A DNA stretch of 64,000 nt from Dehalococcoidia bacterium. GTDB taxonomy: Bacteria; Chloroflexota; Dehalococcoidia; UBA2979. Under the pieces are notes generated by a model that saw only the letters and a program-made list of their open reading frames with translations, was not told the origin of the DNA and made no database searches. Shown here one piece after another: positions 10,680-18,738 of the stretch; the first letter of the stretch is position 1; each line of letters starts with the position of its first letter. The position numbers were made by a program, and so were the translations under genes. The stretch spans positions 69,131 through 133,130 of the forward strand of contig JAWKPM010000006.1 of NCBI GenBank assembly GCA_041390625.1, written 5' to 3'.

Positions 10680-11714
10680 ATGATCTCGCTTCCGCCGGAG
10701 CTATTGGCGGCCGGAGAGTCCTCGATGCTGCGCGCCCTCCCCACGTCCCGCGTGCCCGTACTGCGCCACGGCGCCACCACACTCCTCGGGCTGGTCGCCG
10801 CCGGCGCGCTGGTCGCGTGCGGCGGGGGCAACGACGACCCGGGCTGGTCGGCACAGGCGATCGCGGAGTCCGGCACCTCGGCGGTCCAGCCCATCCTCGT
10901 GAACTCCGGCGTCGGCGTGGGCGAGGCGCGACTGGCCTTCGGGCTGTTCGACCGCGACGGGAACCTGCTCAACGAGGTCAGCGAGCCCAAGGTGCGGCTC
11001 TACACCCTCGATGGAGAGGACGGCACCCTAGCCGAGGAGTACGCGCTCAGCCCCTCGCGGCTTGTGGGTGAGGGGACGCCGCACGAGCACGCGGACGGCG
11101 AGCAGCACCTCCACGAGGGGCCGGTGACCACCGTCTTCGTTTCGAATGTCGAGCTGACGCAGCCGGAGTGGTGGGGCGCGGAGCTCTCGTTCGGCGTCGG
11201 CGACGAGACGTTCGAGGGGCTGCGGCTGCGGTTCTTCGTGCAGGAGGACACGTCCGAGCCGGCGGTGGGCGAGGCCGTTCCTGCCTCGAAGCAGCTCACG
11301 GTCGCGGACGTCGACGACATCAGCCTCGTGGACACGGCGTTCACGCCGAACGCGGCACTGCACGACATGACGGTCGCGGACGCCCTCGCGAGCGGCCGGC
11401 CCTCGGTGATCGCCTTCGCGACGCCGCTGTTCTGCCAGACGCGCTTCTGCGGGCCGGTGGTGGAGCAGGTGGTGACGCCGATCTGGGAGCAGTACGGGGA
11501 TCGCGTCAACGTGATGGCGATCGAGCCGTACGACGTCGCCGAGGCGCGCGCCGGACAGCTCGTGCCTGTGGCCACGATGCAGGAGTGGGGTCTGCAGACC
11601 GAGCCGTGGATCTTCGTGGTCGACGGGGAGGGGCGCGTCGTGGCCAAGTTCGAGGGCATCATGGGCCTCGATGAGGTCTCGGCCGCCGTGGATCGCGTCC
11701 TCGCCTCCGGCTAG
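10680..11714 (+). CDS. Putative lipoprotein with a C-terminal thioredoxin-like region
   Basis: Signal peptide plus lipobox LVAC-GGG. The C-terminal region has FCQTRFCGP. ATG 10725 is an alternative start. Confidence 0.55.
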   Translation: MISLPPELLAAGESSMLRALPTSRVPVLRHGATTLLGLVAAGALVACGGGNDDPGWSAQAIAESGTSAVQPILVNSGVGVGEARLAFGLFDRDGNLLNEVSEPKVRLYTLDGEDGTLAEEYALSPSRLVGEGTPHEHADGEQHLHEGPVTTVFVSNVELTQPEWWGAELSFGVGDETFEGLRLRFFVQEDTSEPAVGEAVPASKQLTVADVDDISLVDTAFTPNAALHDMTVADALASGRPSVIAFATPLFCQTRFCGPVVEQVVTPIWEQYGDRVNVMAIEPYDVAEARAGQLVPVATMQEWGLQTEPWIFVVDGEGRVVAKFEGIMGLDEVSAAVDRVLASG

Positions 11715-11769
11715 GTGGCGCGCGCTACGCTGAGTCCCATCTGCGCACACCGGGGCCAATAGGGACGCC

Positions 11770-12231
11770 ATGGACAACGCCGAGCAACTCGACCTCCTCG
11801 GGCGCACGCTGGCAGCGATGTTGATGGGCGCCATCGTCGGCATCGAGCGGGAGTTTCGCGGGCACGAGGCGGGGGTGCGGACCTCGGCGCTCGTGTGTGC
11901 CGGGGCGGCGCTGTTCGGCGTCGTCGACACGATGTTCCAGGACTCGAGGGTGGCGGCGGGCGTCGTGGGTGGCGTGGGCTTCCTCGGCGCCGGCGTGATC
12001 TTCCAGCGGGGGAACGCACCGCGCGGGGTGACCACGGCGACCACGATCTGGGTGCTGGCCGGCATCGGGCTGGCGACGGCGGCGGGTCTGTGGATTGTCG
12101 CGGTGGTCACGACGCTCGTCGTGGTCGTGCTCCTCGAGGCCTCGGCGATCTCGGACGCGATCCGCCACGTGGGCCGCGAGATGGACGCGCACCAGGCCGC
12201 GGAGGCGCGCCAGCGACCGGACGAGCCCTAG
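11770..12231 (+). CDS. MgtC/SapB family membrane protein
   Basis: GIEREFRGHEAGVRT matches the MgtC GxEREx signature. Hydrophobic segments present. 153 aa. Confidence 0.8.
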   Translation: MDNAEQLDLLGRTLAAMLMGAIVGIEREFRGHEAGVRTSALVCAGAALFGVVDTMFQDSRVAAGVVGGVGFLGAGVIFQRGNAPRGVTTATTIWVLAGIGLATAAGLWIVAVVTTLVVVVLLEASAISDAIRHVGREMDAHQAAEARQRPDEP

Positions 12232-12339
12232 CGGCGTTTCGCCCGTCATTCCAAGCATCTACCTCTCCTTAACGGGCGTGCTGTCACGCTCGATGGTGCG
12301 AATTCGCCATCGAGGACCAGTGCGCCGAATCGAGGCACG

Positions 12340-12606
12340 ATGCCGTACCGCCGTTCGCCGAGTGTGATCTTCGAGGTCGTGGATGGGCGCGCGATGCTCG
12401 TCTCCGCCGACGGGTCCGAGCTGCTCTCGCTCAACCCGGTGGGGACGCGCGTGTGGCAGCTGGTCGACGAGCACGAGGGCGACTCGGGTCGCCTGGCCTC
12501 GGCGTTGCTGTCGGAGATCGAGGGCGTCGAGCGCGACGAGCTCGAGCGCGACATTGCCGACTTCCTCTCCACGCTCTCCAGCGAGTCGCTCATCGAGCAG
12601 CGCTGA
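12340..12606 (+). CDS. PqqD-family protein, RiPP precursor recognition element-like
   Basis: 88 aa. VVDGRAMLVSADGSELLSLNPVGTRVWQLVDEH...DELERDIADFLSTL fits the PqqD pattern (winged helix, acidic C-terminal helix). Its stop overlaps the next start (TGATG). Confidence 0.75.
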   Translation: MPYRRSPSVIFEVVDGRAMLVSADGSELLSLNPVGTRVWQLVDEHEGDSGRLASALLSEIEGVERDELERDIADFLSTLSSESLIEQR

Positions 12607-13370
12607 TGCTCGAGGTCCAGCACCTCTCGAAGCGCTTCGAGCCGCCGCCGTTCTGGCTGCGGCTGCTCAGCCGTGTCGCCGCGCCGGAACCGGTGCAGGC
12701 GCTGGCCGGCGTCTCATTCGACGTCGCGCCCGGCGAGGTGGTGGGGCTGGTCGGCGCGAACGGCGCCGGGAAGACCACGCTGCTGCGGACGGTCGCGGGC
12801 CTCGTCGTGCCCTCGGAGGGGGACGTGCGCGTCGGCGGCCTCGACCCGACGCGCGACGGCGCGGCGCGGCAGCTCATGGGCATCGCGATGGCGGACGACC
12901 GCGGGTTCTACTGGCGTCTGAACGGTCGACGGAACCTCGAGCTGTTCGGGGTGCTGGGCGGGCTCACGCCGGCCGCGGCGGAGGCTCGCGCCGACGAGCT
13001 GCTCATCGAGGCAGGCCTCGCGCATCGGGACCGGATGCTGTTCGGGTACTCGTCCGGGATGATCACGCGGCTGCAACTGGCGCGCGCCTTCCTCGCGATG
13101 CCGCCACTGCTGCTCCTCGATGAGCCGACGCGCAGCCTCGACCCGGTCGTCAGCAAGCAGGTGCGCAGGTGGATCCGGGGGGCGGCCGACCGCGGCGCCG
13201 CAGTGCTGTTCTCCAGCCACGACCTCGATGAGGTGGTGGAGGTCTGCGACCGCGTGCTCGTGCTGAACTCGGGCGTCGTCGTGCGCCACGAGGCGGCGGC
13301 CAACCTGCGCGGTGAGGCCGAGCTGGGGGTGCGGTCGTTGCTGCAGTCGATCGAGCCGGTGGCCTCGTGA
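12606..13370 (+). CDS. ABC transporter ATP-binding protein, exporter type
   Basis: Walker A GANGAGKTT, signature YSSGM, Walker B LLLLDEPT, H-loop SSHD. Confidence 0.9.
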   Translation: MLEVQHLSKRFEPPPFWLRLLSRVAAPEPVQALAGVSFDVAPGEVVGLVGANGAGKTTLLRTVAGLVVPSEGDVRVGGLDPTRDGAARQLMGIAMADDRGFYWRLNGRRNLELFGVLGGLTPAAAEARADELLIEAGLAHRDRMLFGYSSGMITRLQLARAFLAMPPLLLLDEPTRSLDPVVSKQVRRWIRGAADRGAAVLFSSHDLDEVVEVCDRVLVLNSGVVVRHEAAANLRGEAELGVRSLLQSIEPVAS

Positions 13371-14197
13371 GCGCGGCGTTCGCACGGCCGTCGTCGAACC
13401 TCGAGCGGGTGATTGCGCTCGGGAAGCGCGATCTGCGGGTGCAGCTGTCGTACCACTTCGGGCAGCTGATGCAGCTGCTGGCGATCGCGATGCCGATCGT
13501 CACGTTCTTCTACGTCTCGCAGCTCGTGGGCGACGACTCGGCGCTCGGGGACTACCAGGGCGGGTACTTCGAGTTCGTGCTCATCGGGTTGGTAGCGACG
13601 ACGTTGTCGACCCTCGGTGCGCGGCTGTTCAGCACGATGGTGGCGCGGGAGCAGAGCGAGGGCACACTCGACGCGCTGCTGCGCACGCCGACGCCGCTGT
13701 GGGTGCTGCTAGCCGGTTCAACGCTGTGGCCGCTCGGGTTCGCGGCGCTGGAGATCGGCGTGTACCTCGGTGTCGGCGCCGGCGCCCTCGGTGCCGGCTT
13801 CTCGGCCAGCGGGCTGCTGCTGGCGCTGCCGGTGGCGCTGCTGACGGTCGCGGTGTTCGCGGCGATCGGCATCTTCTCGGCGGCGTTCATCGTCGTCACG
13901 AAGCGGGGTGAGCCGCTGGGGCCGCTGGTGAACGCGGCGACCTCGCTGTTCGCCGGTGCGCTGTTCCCGGTGGCACTGCTGCCGGGCGCGCTGCAGGTCG
14001 TGGGACGGATGCTGCCTTCGTACTACGCCATCGAGGGGTTGCGCGAGGCGCTCCTCGGCGCGGGGACGTTCGCCTCGGTCGCCGACGAGATCGCCATCCT
14101 CGGCGTCATGGCGGCGGTGCTGCTTCCGCTCTCGGTGTGGACGCTGTCGCAGGCGCTGCGCTGGGGCCGCATCTCCGGCACGCTGGCCAGCTTCTAA
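13367..14197 (+). CDS. ABC-2 type transporter permease
   Basis: GTGA overlap with the ATPase gene. Six predicted TM segments. Typical ABC-2 exporter layout. Confidence 0.8.
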   Translation: MSAAFARPSSNLERVIALGKRDLRVQLSYHFGQLMQLLAIAMPIVTFFYVSQLVGDDSALGDYQGGYFEFVLIGLVATTLSTLGARLFSTMVAREQSEGTLDALLRTPTPLWVLLAGSTLWPLGFAALEIGVYLGVGAGALGAGFSASGLLLALPVALLTVAVFAAIGIFSAAFIVVTKRGEPLGPLVNAATSLFAGALFPVALLPGALQVVGRMLPSYYAIEGLREALLGAGTFASVADEIAILGVMAAVLLPLSVWTLSQALRWGRISGTLASF

Positions 14198-14268
14198 GCC
14201 AGCTTTCGACACTCGGCAGGCTTCGGTGCGATGCGTGGCCTCGGGCGAGGTCGGTCGGGTGTCCGCGC

Positions 14269-15225
14269 CTAGGCGACGCGCGTGTCGGACGCAGAGGCGA
14301 TGGTGTCGAGGAGGCGACCGGCGTCGGCGACGCGCGTCGCGGGGTCGGCGCCGAGGCGCAGGCGCCAGGCGGGGCCGCGGGCGACGGTGGAGGCAAGCGG
14401 CATGAGGCGCGTCAGGGCCTCGTGGCTGCCGGCGGCGGGGTGTGAGGCGACGAGCTCGCGCAGCAGCTCGAGGGCGTTGGCGGGCTCGGTGTAGCCGAGC
14501 GCGCTCTTCGCATGGTCGAGCCAGAGCGTGCCGGCGAGCGGATGCCAGCCGGCGCCCAGCACGGTGGCCGGGAGCTGCCAGCGCTCGCGTGCGTCGCGGG
14601 TCATGCGTCGGGCGCCGGCGGGGATGCCGTCGGCGAGCTCGCCGGGGACGGCGACCGGCTTCGGGATGCCGCAGATCTCGACGGGAGTCTCGGCGCCGTC
14701 CTCGGAACGGCGCAGGACGACGTGGTCGTCGCCGAGGATGCGCCAGCCGGAGCGGTGCGCGGCGAAGGTGGTGGTCGACTTGCCTCGACCGCTCGCGCCC
14801 ATGACGAGGAGCGCGATGCCGTCGCGCTCGATGGCGGCGGCGTGGAGGAGCGGGCGCTCGAAGGGCGAGAGGAGGTCGGCGAGCACGGGCTGGCCGATCC
14901 AGGCCAGCCGGCGCGCGAGGTCCGGCCCATCGCCTCGGATTGTGGCATCGCCGCCGGCGACGCGGGCGGTGAGGCCCCAGCACTCGACGGTGTAGGTGTC
15001 GCCGTCGCGCCAGCCGAGCTGGCCGCCCACGTCCTCGTCCGGGTCGCGAGTCGGGAGATCGAGGGCGCCGGGTGCGAACTCGATGCGGGCCCGGGGCCGG
15101 AGTCGGGTCGGCGCGAGCGTGCCGAAGGCGGTCGCGAGCGCCTTGCGATGCCGGGCGGTCGTGCCCACGAACTCGGTGGGGAGGTCGCCCAGGAGACGGA
15201 CGGGGTTGGGGTCTCGAGCGGTCAT
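14269..15225 (-). CDS. HPr-kinase (HprK) C-terminal-domain-like P-loop kinase, RiPP-associated type
   Basis: P-loop GASGRGKST followed by ILGDDHVVL, which resembles the HprK LxADDxV motif. 318 aa. Last gene of the minus-strand operon with the peptidase and nucleotidyltransferase. Confidence 0.7.
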   Translation of the reverse strand: MTARDPNPVRLLGDLPTEFVGTTARHRKALATAFGTLAPTRLRPRARIEFAPGALDLPTRDPDEDVGGQLGWRDGDTYTVECWGLTARVAGGDATIRGDGPDLARRLAWIGQPVLADLLSPFERPLLHAAAIERDGIALLVMGASGRGKSTTTFAAHRSGWRILGDDHVVLRRSEDGAETPVEICGIPKPVAVPGELADGIPAGARRMTRDARERWQLPATVLGAGWHPLAGTLWLDHAKSALGYTEPANALELLRELVASHPAAGSHEALTRLMPLASTVARGPAWRLRLGADPATRVADAGRLLDTIASASDTRVA

Positions 15226-15328
15226 GCGCGGGCCTCGTGCCGGTGTCTACGTCAGGGGCGAGCGTAGATTTCGAGGCGCGTCAAACGCGTAGGAGGGGCG
15301 TATCGATTCGTTTTTGGCCGCGTGGGTG

Positions 15329-15358
15329 GGGTGGACGGCGGAAGTCCGCCGTCCACCC
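15329..15358 (-). promoter_or_regulatory. Perfect 12-bp GC stem-loop immediately downstream of the candidate precursor ORF
   Basis: ggtggacggcgg-aagt-ccgccgtccacc, plus a flanking g/c pair. It lies 12 nt past the stop of the 15370..15477 ORF and upstream of the kinase gene. No U-tract follows, so it is more likely a processing or attenuation hairpin than a full terminator. Confidence 0.4.
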
Positions 15359-15369
15359 GCCCGTCGTGA

Positions 15370-15477
15370 CTAGCGGTTCCGGAAGAAGAAGTAGTTTCCG
15401 GAGTAGTTGCCGCTCCCACGGTGGAGCTGGCCAACGACGCTGACACGCTCCTCAATAGCCGGCTTCTGGTACGTCAC
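15370..15477 (-). CDS. Candidate RiPP precursor peptide, 35 aa
   Basis: A minus-strand small ORF not in the ORF track. AGGAGG lies 4 nt upstream of the GTG. Translation is MTYQKPAIEERVSVVGQLHRGSGNYSGNYFFFRNR. Same strand as, and between, the S24 peptidase and HprK-like kinase genes. Confidence 0.35.
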   Translation of the reverse strand: MTYQKPAIEERVSVVGQLHRGSGNYSGNYFFFRNR

Positions 15478-15591
15478 GGGTCCTCCTACGTGAACCTGGG
15501 TGGAGCCAGATCTTTGGGCCCACGCGCGCAAGCGCACGTATGGCGATCGTAAGAAGGCGGAAGACCTTCCGATGAAGGCGGTGAGCGGCCT

Positions 15592-16053
15592 TCAGCGGCC
15601 AAGCCAGCGCCGGACGCGGCGCGCGCCGAGGCGGACCGCCAGGCCTCGGAGGGTGCGGTGGGCGAGGGCGATCGCCGTCGGCGGGAGGCGGCGGACGCCA
15701 TCGAGGGGGGCGGTGCGGCCGTTGCGGCGGACGCGGACGGCGCGGCCGACGAGCATCGAAGGCTCGACGGGCGGGTCGTCGTGCTGTGCGTCGCCCGCGA
15801 AGCGCATCGAGCGGCCGCGGCGGCCGAGGTAGCGGTGCACGACGAGGACGCCCGCGGCATCGACGTAGGCCCACACCTCGCCGAGGCGCGGGCCTCGGTT
15901 GGCGACCTCGAGCAGGACCTCGCTGCCGGCGCGGATGGTGCGGCCCATCGAATCGCCCTCGACGGGGAGCCAGAGGCCGCCGGCCTGCACGCGTCGACGC
16001 AGGAGGTCGGCGCTCGCGGGAGAGCGCGACTCGCTGCCGGCATCGGAGGTCAC
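15592..16053 (-). CDS. S24/S26-family serine peptidase, LexA/signal-peptidase-like
   Basis: The GTG start overlaps the stop of the upstream gene (GTGA). GDSMGRT is the catalytic Ser motif shared by LexA and type I signal peptidase. About 153 aa. The longer ORF-track start (16182) would lie inside the upstream gene. Confidence 0.6.
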   Translation of the reverse strand: MTSDAGSESRSPASADLLRRRVQAGGLWLPVEGDSMGRTIRAGSEVLLEVANRGPRLGEVWAYVDAAGVLVVHRYLGRRGRSMRFAGDAQHDDPPVEPSMLVGRAVRVRRNGRTAPLDGVRRLPPTAIALAHRTLRGLAVRLGARRVRRWLGR

Positions 16054-17072
16054 ACGCTGCCTCGGACCCACGCGGCCGCGGCCTCGGGTGTCGCGCCGCG
16101 CACGAGCAGGGGCAGGAAGCGCAGGCGGCGGCGGTCGCCGCCGGGGGAGCCGGTGCCGAGGAGGCGCTGGCTCGGTCCCCACAGGCGTCGCCAGAGGGCG
16201 GGTCGCCAGCCACGAGGGGCTCCCGGGAGGCCGGGCGGGGGATCGAGGCCGAGCGTGACGAGGACGGTGCGCAGCGTCTCGTGGACGGGGACCTCGGCGC
16301 CCTCGCGCCTCGTCATGCGCCAGAAGGCGGGCCAGTCGACGGCCTCCTGCTCGTCTTCGGGGATCAGCATGCGGGCGATGTCGGCGTAGCCGATCAGGTA
16401 GCGGAAGCGGTCGCGGTTCGTGTGGAGGAGGAGCTGGAGCAGCGCGGCCTCGGGGGCGAGGACGAGCGCCTCGGGACCGTCCTCGATGGCGATGGGGTGC
16501 ACGCCCTGCCAGAGCGCGCGCGGGTCGCGCGGCGTGACGCCGAGGCGCAGGAGGTCGAAGTGCACATCGACGGCGACCGTGCCGAGGTCGGTCGTGATGG
16601 GGACCTCGAGGACGGGAAGGCGCGACGCCTCGAGGGCGGCGCGCTTCTTCCTCGGGACCTCGAACTCAGGGGCGAGGGCCTCGACGAGGCGAGCGCCCTC
16701 GGCTCGCTGGTCGGGGTTCAGCCAGACGTCGAGGTCGGAAGCGGGGCGCTCGCTCGGGCGGGCGTACCAGCGCGCGGCGGCAGTGACGCCCTTGAACGAC
16801 GCCACCTCGAGGCCGGCCTCGGCGGCGCGGCGCTGGACCTCGGCGAGGGCGGAGCGTAGGACGCGATGGTGCTGGCGGTTCGCGAGGTCGATGCGGAGGA
16901 GGCGGGCGCGGTCGGCGTCCTCCACGGTGACGGCACCGGCCTCGATGCGGCTCCAGAGCAGGCCGGCCATGCGGTGGTCGATCGCCTGGTCGACGACGGC
17001 CGGCGAGGCGTGACGACCCTCGACCGCGCGCCGGGCGGCGAGATCGAGCAGCAGCGCGTCGGGCAGGGGCAT
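16050..17072 (-). CDS. Nucleotidyltransferase family protein, PF14907-like uncharacterised NTase
   Basis: FKGVTAAARWYARPSERPASDLDVWL matches the hG[GS]x9-13DhD Pol-beta NTase motif. 340 aa. First gene of the minus-strand operon. Confidence 0.65.
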   Translation of the reverse strand: MPLPDALLLDLAARRAVEGRHASPAVVDQAIDHRMAGLLWSRIEAGAVTVEDADRARLLRIDLANRQHHRVLRSALAEVQRRAAEAGLEVASFKGVTAAARWYARPSERPASDLDVWLNPDQRAEGARLVEALAPEFEVPRKKRAALEASRLPVLEVPITTDLGTVAVDVHFDLLRLGVTPRDPRALWQGVHPIAIEDGPEALVLAPEAALLQLLLHTNRDRFRYLIGYADIARMLIPEDEQEAVDWPAFWRMTRREGAEVPVHETLRTVLVTLGLDPPPGLPGAPRGWRPALWRRLWGPSQRLLGTGSPGGDRRRLRFLPLLVRGATPEAAAAWVRGSV

Positions 17073-17183
17073 CGGCGCGACCTCGGGCGTGGTCGGGGCT
17101 CGGGCGTGCGAGGACGCCTCGAGCGTATCGCCCGCAGGCGGCGGCGAGGATCCTCGTTTGCCCGCAGTCGGCGCCGTTGGGTG

Positions 17184-18599
17184 CTAGTCGAGGACGGGCG
17201 GTGTGCGCTCGCCGTGGCGCGTGGCGGCCTCGAAGGCGTGCGCGAGCTGCAGCACGCCGAAGTCGTCGTGGTGGCGACCGACGATCTGGACGCCGACGGG
17301 CATGCCCTCGGGCGTCCAGCCGGCGGGGACGGAGATCGAGGGGTGGCCGAGCGGGGTGATCAGGTAGCAGGAGCGCATCCAGTCGATGTAGGACTCCATC
17401 TGCACGCCATCGATCTCGGTGGGGTACTCGGTCTCGACGTCGAACGGCGGCACCTGGTTCACGGGCATGATCATGAACTCGTACTGCTCCATGAAGGCGC
17501 GGACGCGGCCGTAGTAGGCGGAGCGCAGGGCCTCGGCGCGTGAGATGTCGGCACCGCTGAGGCGCTGGCCTTCCTCGATCTCGCGGACGATCGTGGCCTT
17601 GAGCTGGTCGCGGTGATTCGCGTAGCGGTCGGCGTGACGGTGGGCGGAGGCCCACGCACGGAGGGTCTTGAAGGCCTCGTCGGCGCCGGTGAAGTCGGGC
17701 TGTGCGGCCTCGACGGTGGCGCCCAGCGACTCGAGGACGGGGATCGTCGACTCGATGACGGCGCGGATGCGGGGGTCGACGGGGAGGCCGCCGAGGTCGG
17801 CGACGTAGGCGATGCGCGTGCCTCGGAAGTCGCGGTCGAGCGGCGCGGCGAACATCGAGCCGGGCTGCTCGATTGAGAGCGGCGCGCGCGGGTCGGGGCC
17901 AGCCATCGCGCTGAGGAGGAGGGCGACGTCGCCAACGTTGCGCCCCATCGGGCCGGTGACGGACATGTTCGTCCAGGCGAGGGGCGGCGTGGCGGGGACG
18001 CGGCCGTTCGAGGCACGGAAGCCGACGACGTTGTTGAAGTTGGCGGGGTTGCGCAGCGAGCCGCCGAGGTCCGAGCCGTCCGCAATCGGCAGCATGCGGC
18101 AGGCGAGCGCGACACCGGCGCCGCCGCTGCTGCCGCCCGCCGTCTTCGACGTGTCCCACGGGTTGAGGGTGGCGCCGAAGACCTGGTTGAAGGTGTGAGA
18201 GCCGGCGCCGAACTCCGGGGTGTTCGTCTTGCCGATGACGATGGCGCCGGCGGCCTTGAGTCGCTCGACGACGATGGCGTCCTGCGTCGGCACGTCGTCG
18301 GCGTGGATCGGCGAGCCCTGGGTGGTGCGGATGCCTTTCGTCGGGACGAGGTCCTTGATGGCGATGGGGAGGCCGTGGAGCGGGCCCGGCTCCTCGCCCC
18401 GGGCGAGGGCGTCATCGGCGGCGCGTGCGCCCTCGAGGGCGAGGTCGGGGCGCAGCGTCACGATCGCGTTCACCTTCGGGTTCACGCGGTCGATCTGGGC
18501 GAGGTGGGCCTCCATGACCTCGACGGCGGAGAGGTCGCGGGCCGCGAGGCGGGCGCGGAGCTCGCGGGCGGTGAGCAGGCAGATCGAGGTGTCGGGCAT
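17184..18599 (-). CDS. Amidase (amidase-signature family)
   Basis: GGSSGGAG signature plus the conserved K/S/S triad context. Start chosen at ATG 18599 (MPDTSICLL). Confidence 0.9.
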   Translation of the reverse strand: MPDTSICLLTARELRARLAARDLSAVEVMEAHLAQIDRVNPKVNAIVTLRPDLALEGARAADDALARGEEPGPLHGLPIAIKDLVPTKGIRTTQGSPIHADDVPTQDAIVVERLKAAGAIVIGKTNTPEFGAGSHTFNQVFGATLNPWDTSKTAGGSSGGAGVALACRMLPIADGSDLGGSLRNPANFNNVVGFRASNGRVPATPPLAWTNMSVTGPMGRNVGDVALLLSAMAGPDPRAPLSIEQPGSMFAAPLDRDFRGTRIAYVADLGGLPVDPRIRAVIESTIPVLESLGATVEAAQPDFTGADEAFKTLRAWASAHRHADRYANHRDQLKATIVREIEEGQRLSGADISRAEALRSAYYGRVRAFMEQYEFMIMPVNQVPPFDVETEYPTEIDGVQMESYIDWMRSCYLITPLGHPSISVPAGWTPEGMPVGVQIVGRHHDDFGVLQLAHAFEAATRHGERTPPVLD

Positions 18600-18738
18600 C
18601 GCGGGCCCTCCTGTCGCTGGTCCTCGAGGGCGGGCGGAGCATAGCGCGGCCCGAATCGGGCGTGCCGCCATACAATCCTGTGCCGAACTGCCCTCGAGCC
18701 CCCGTGCCTCGGGCTACGCGATCGGAGTCGACAGCGGC

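Noticed and set aside
16054-16182. Longer start (ATG 16182) for the S24 peptidase
   Set aside because: It would place 43 Pro/Arg-rich codons inside the upstream NTase gene. GTG 16053 gives the usual 4-nt GTGA coupling and a compact ~150-aa peptidase.
15452-18159. Stacked antisense or out-of-frame ORFs (15452..16213 -, 15786..16859 +, 16666..18159 -, 17471..18415 -, 18412..19944 -)
   Set aside because: All are Arg/Pro/Gly-rich and overlap the peptidase, NTase, amidase and Eis genes, which have specific motifs.
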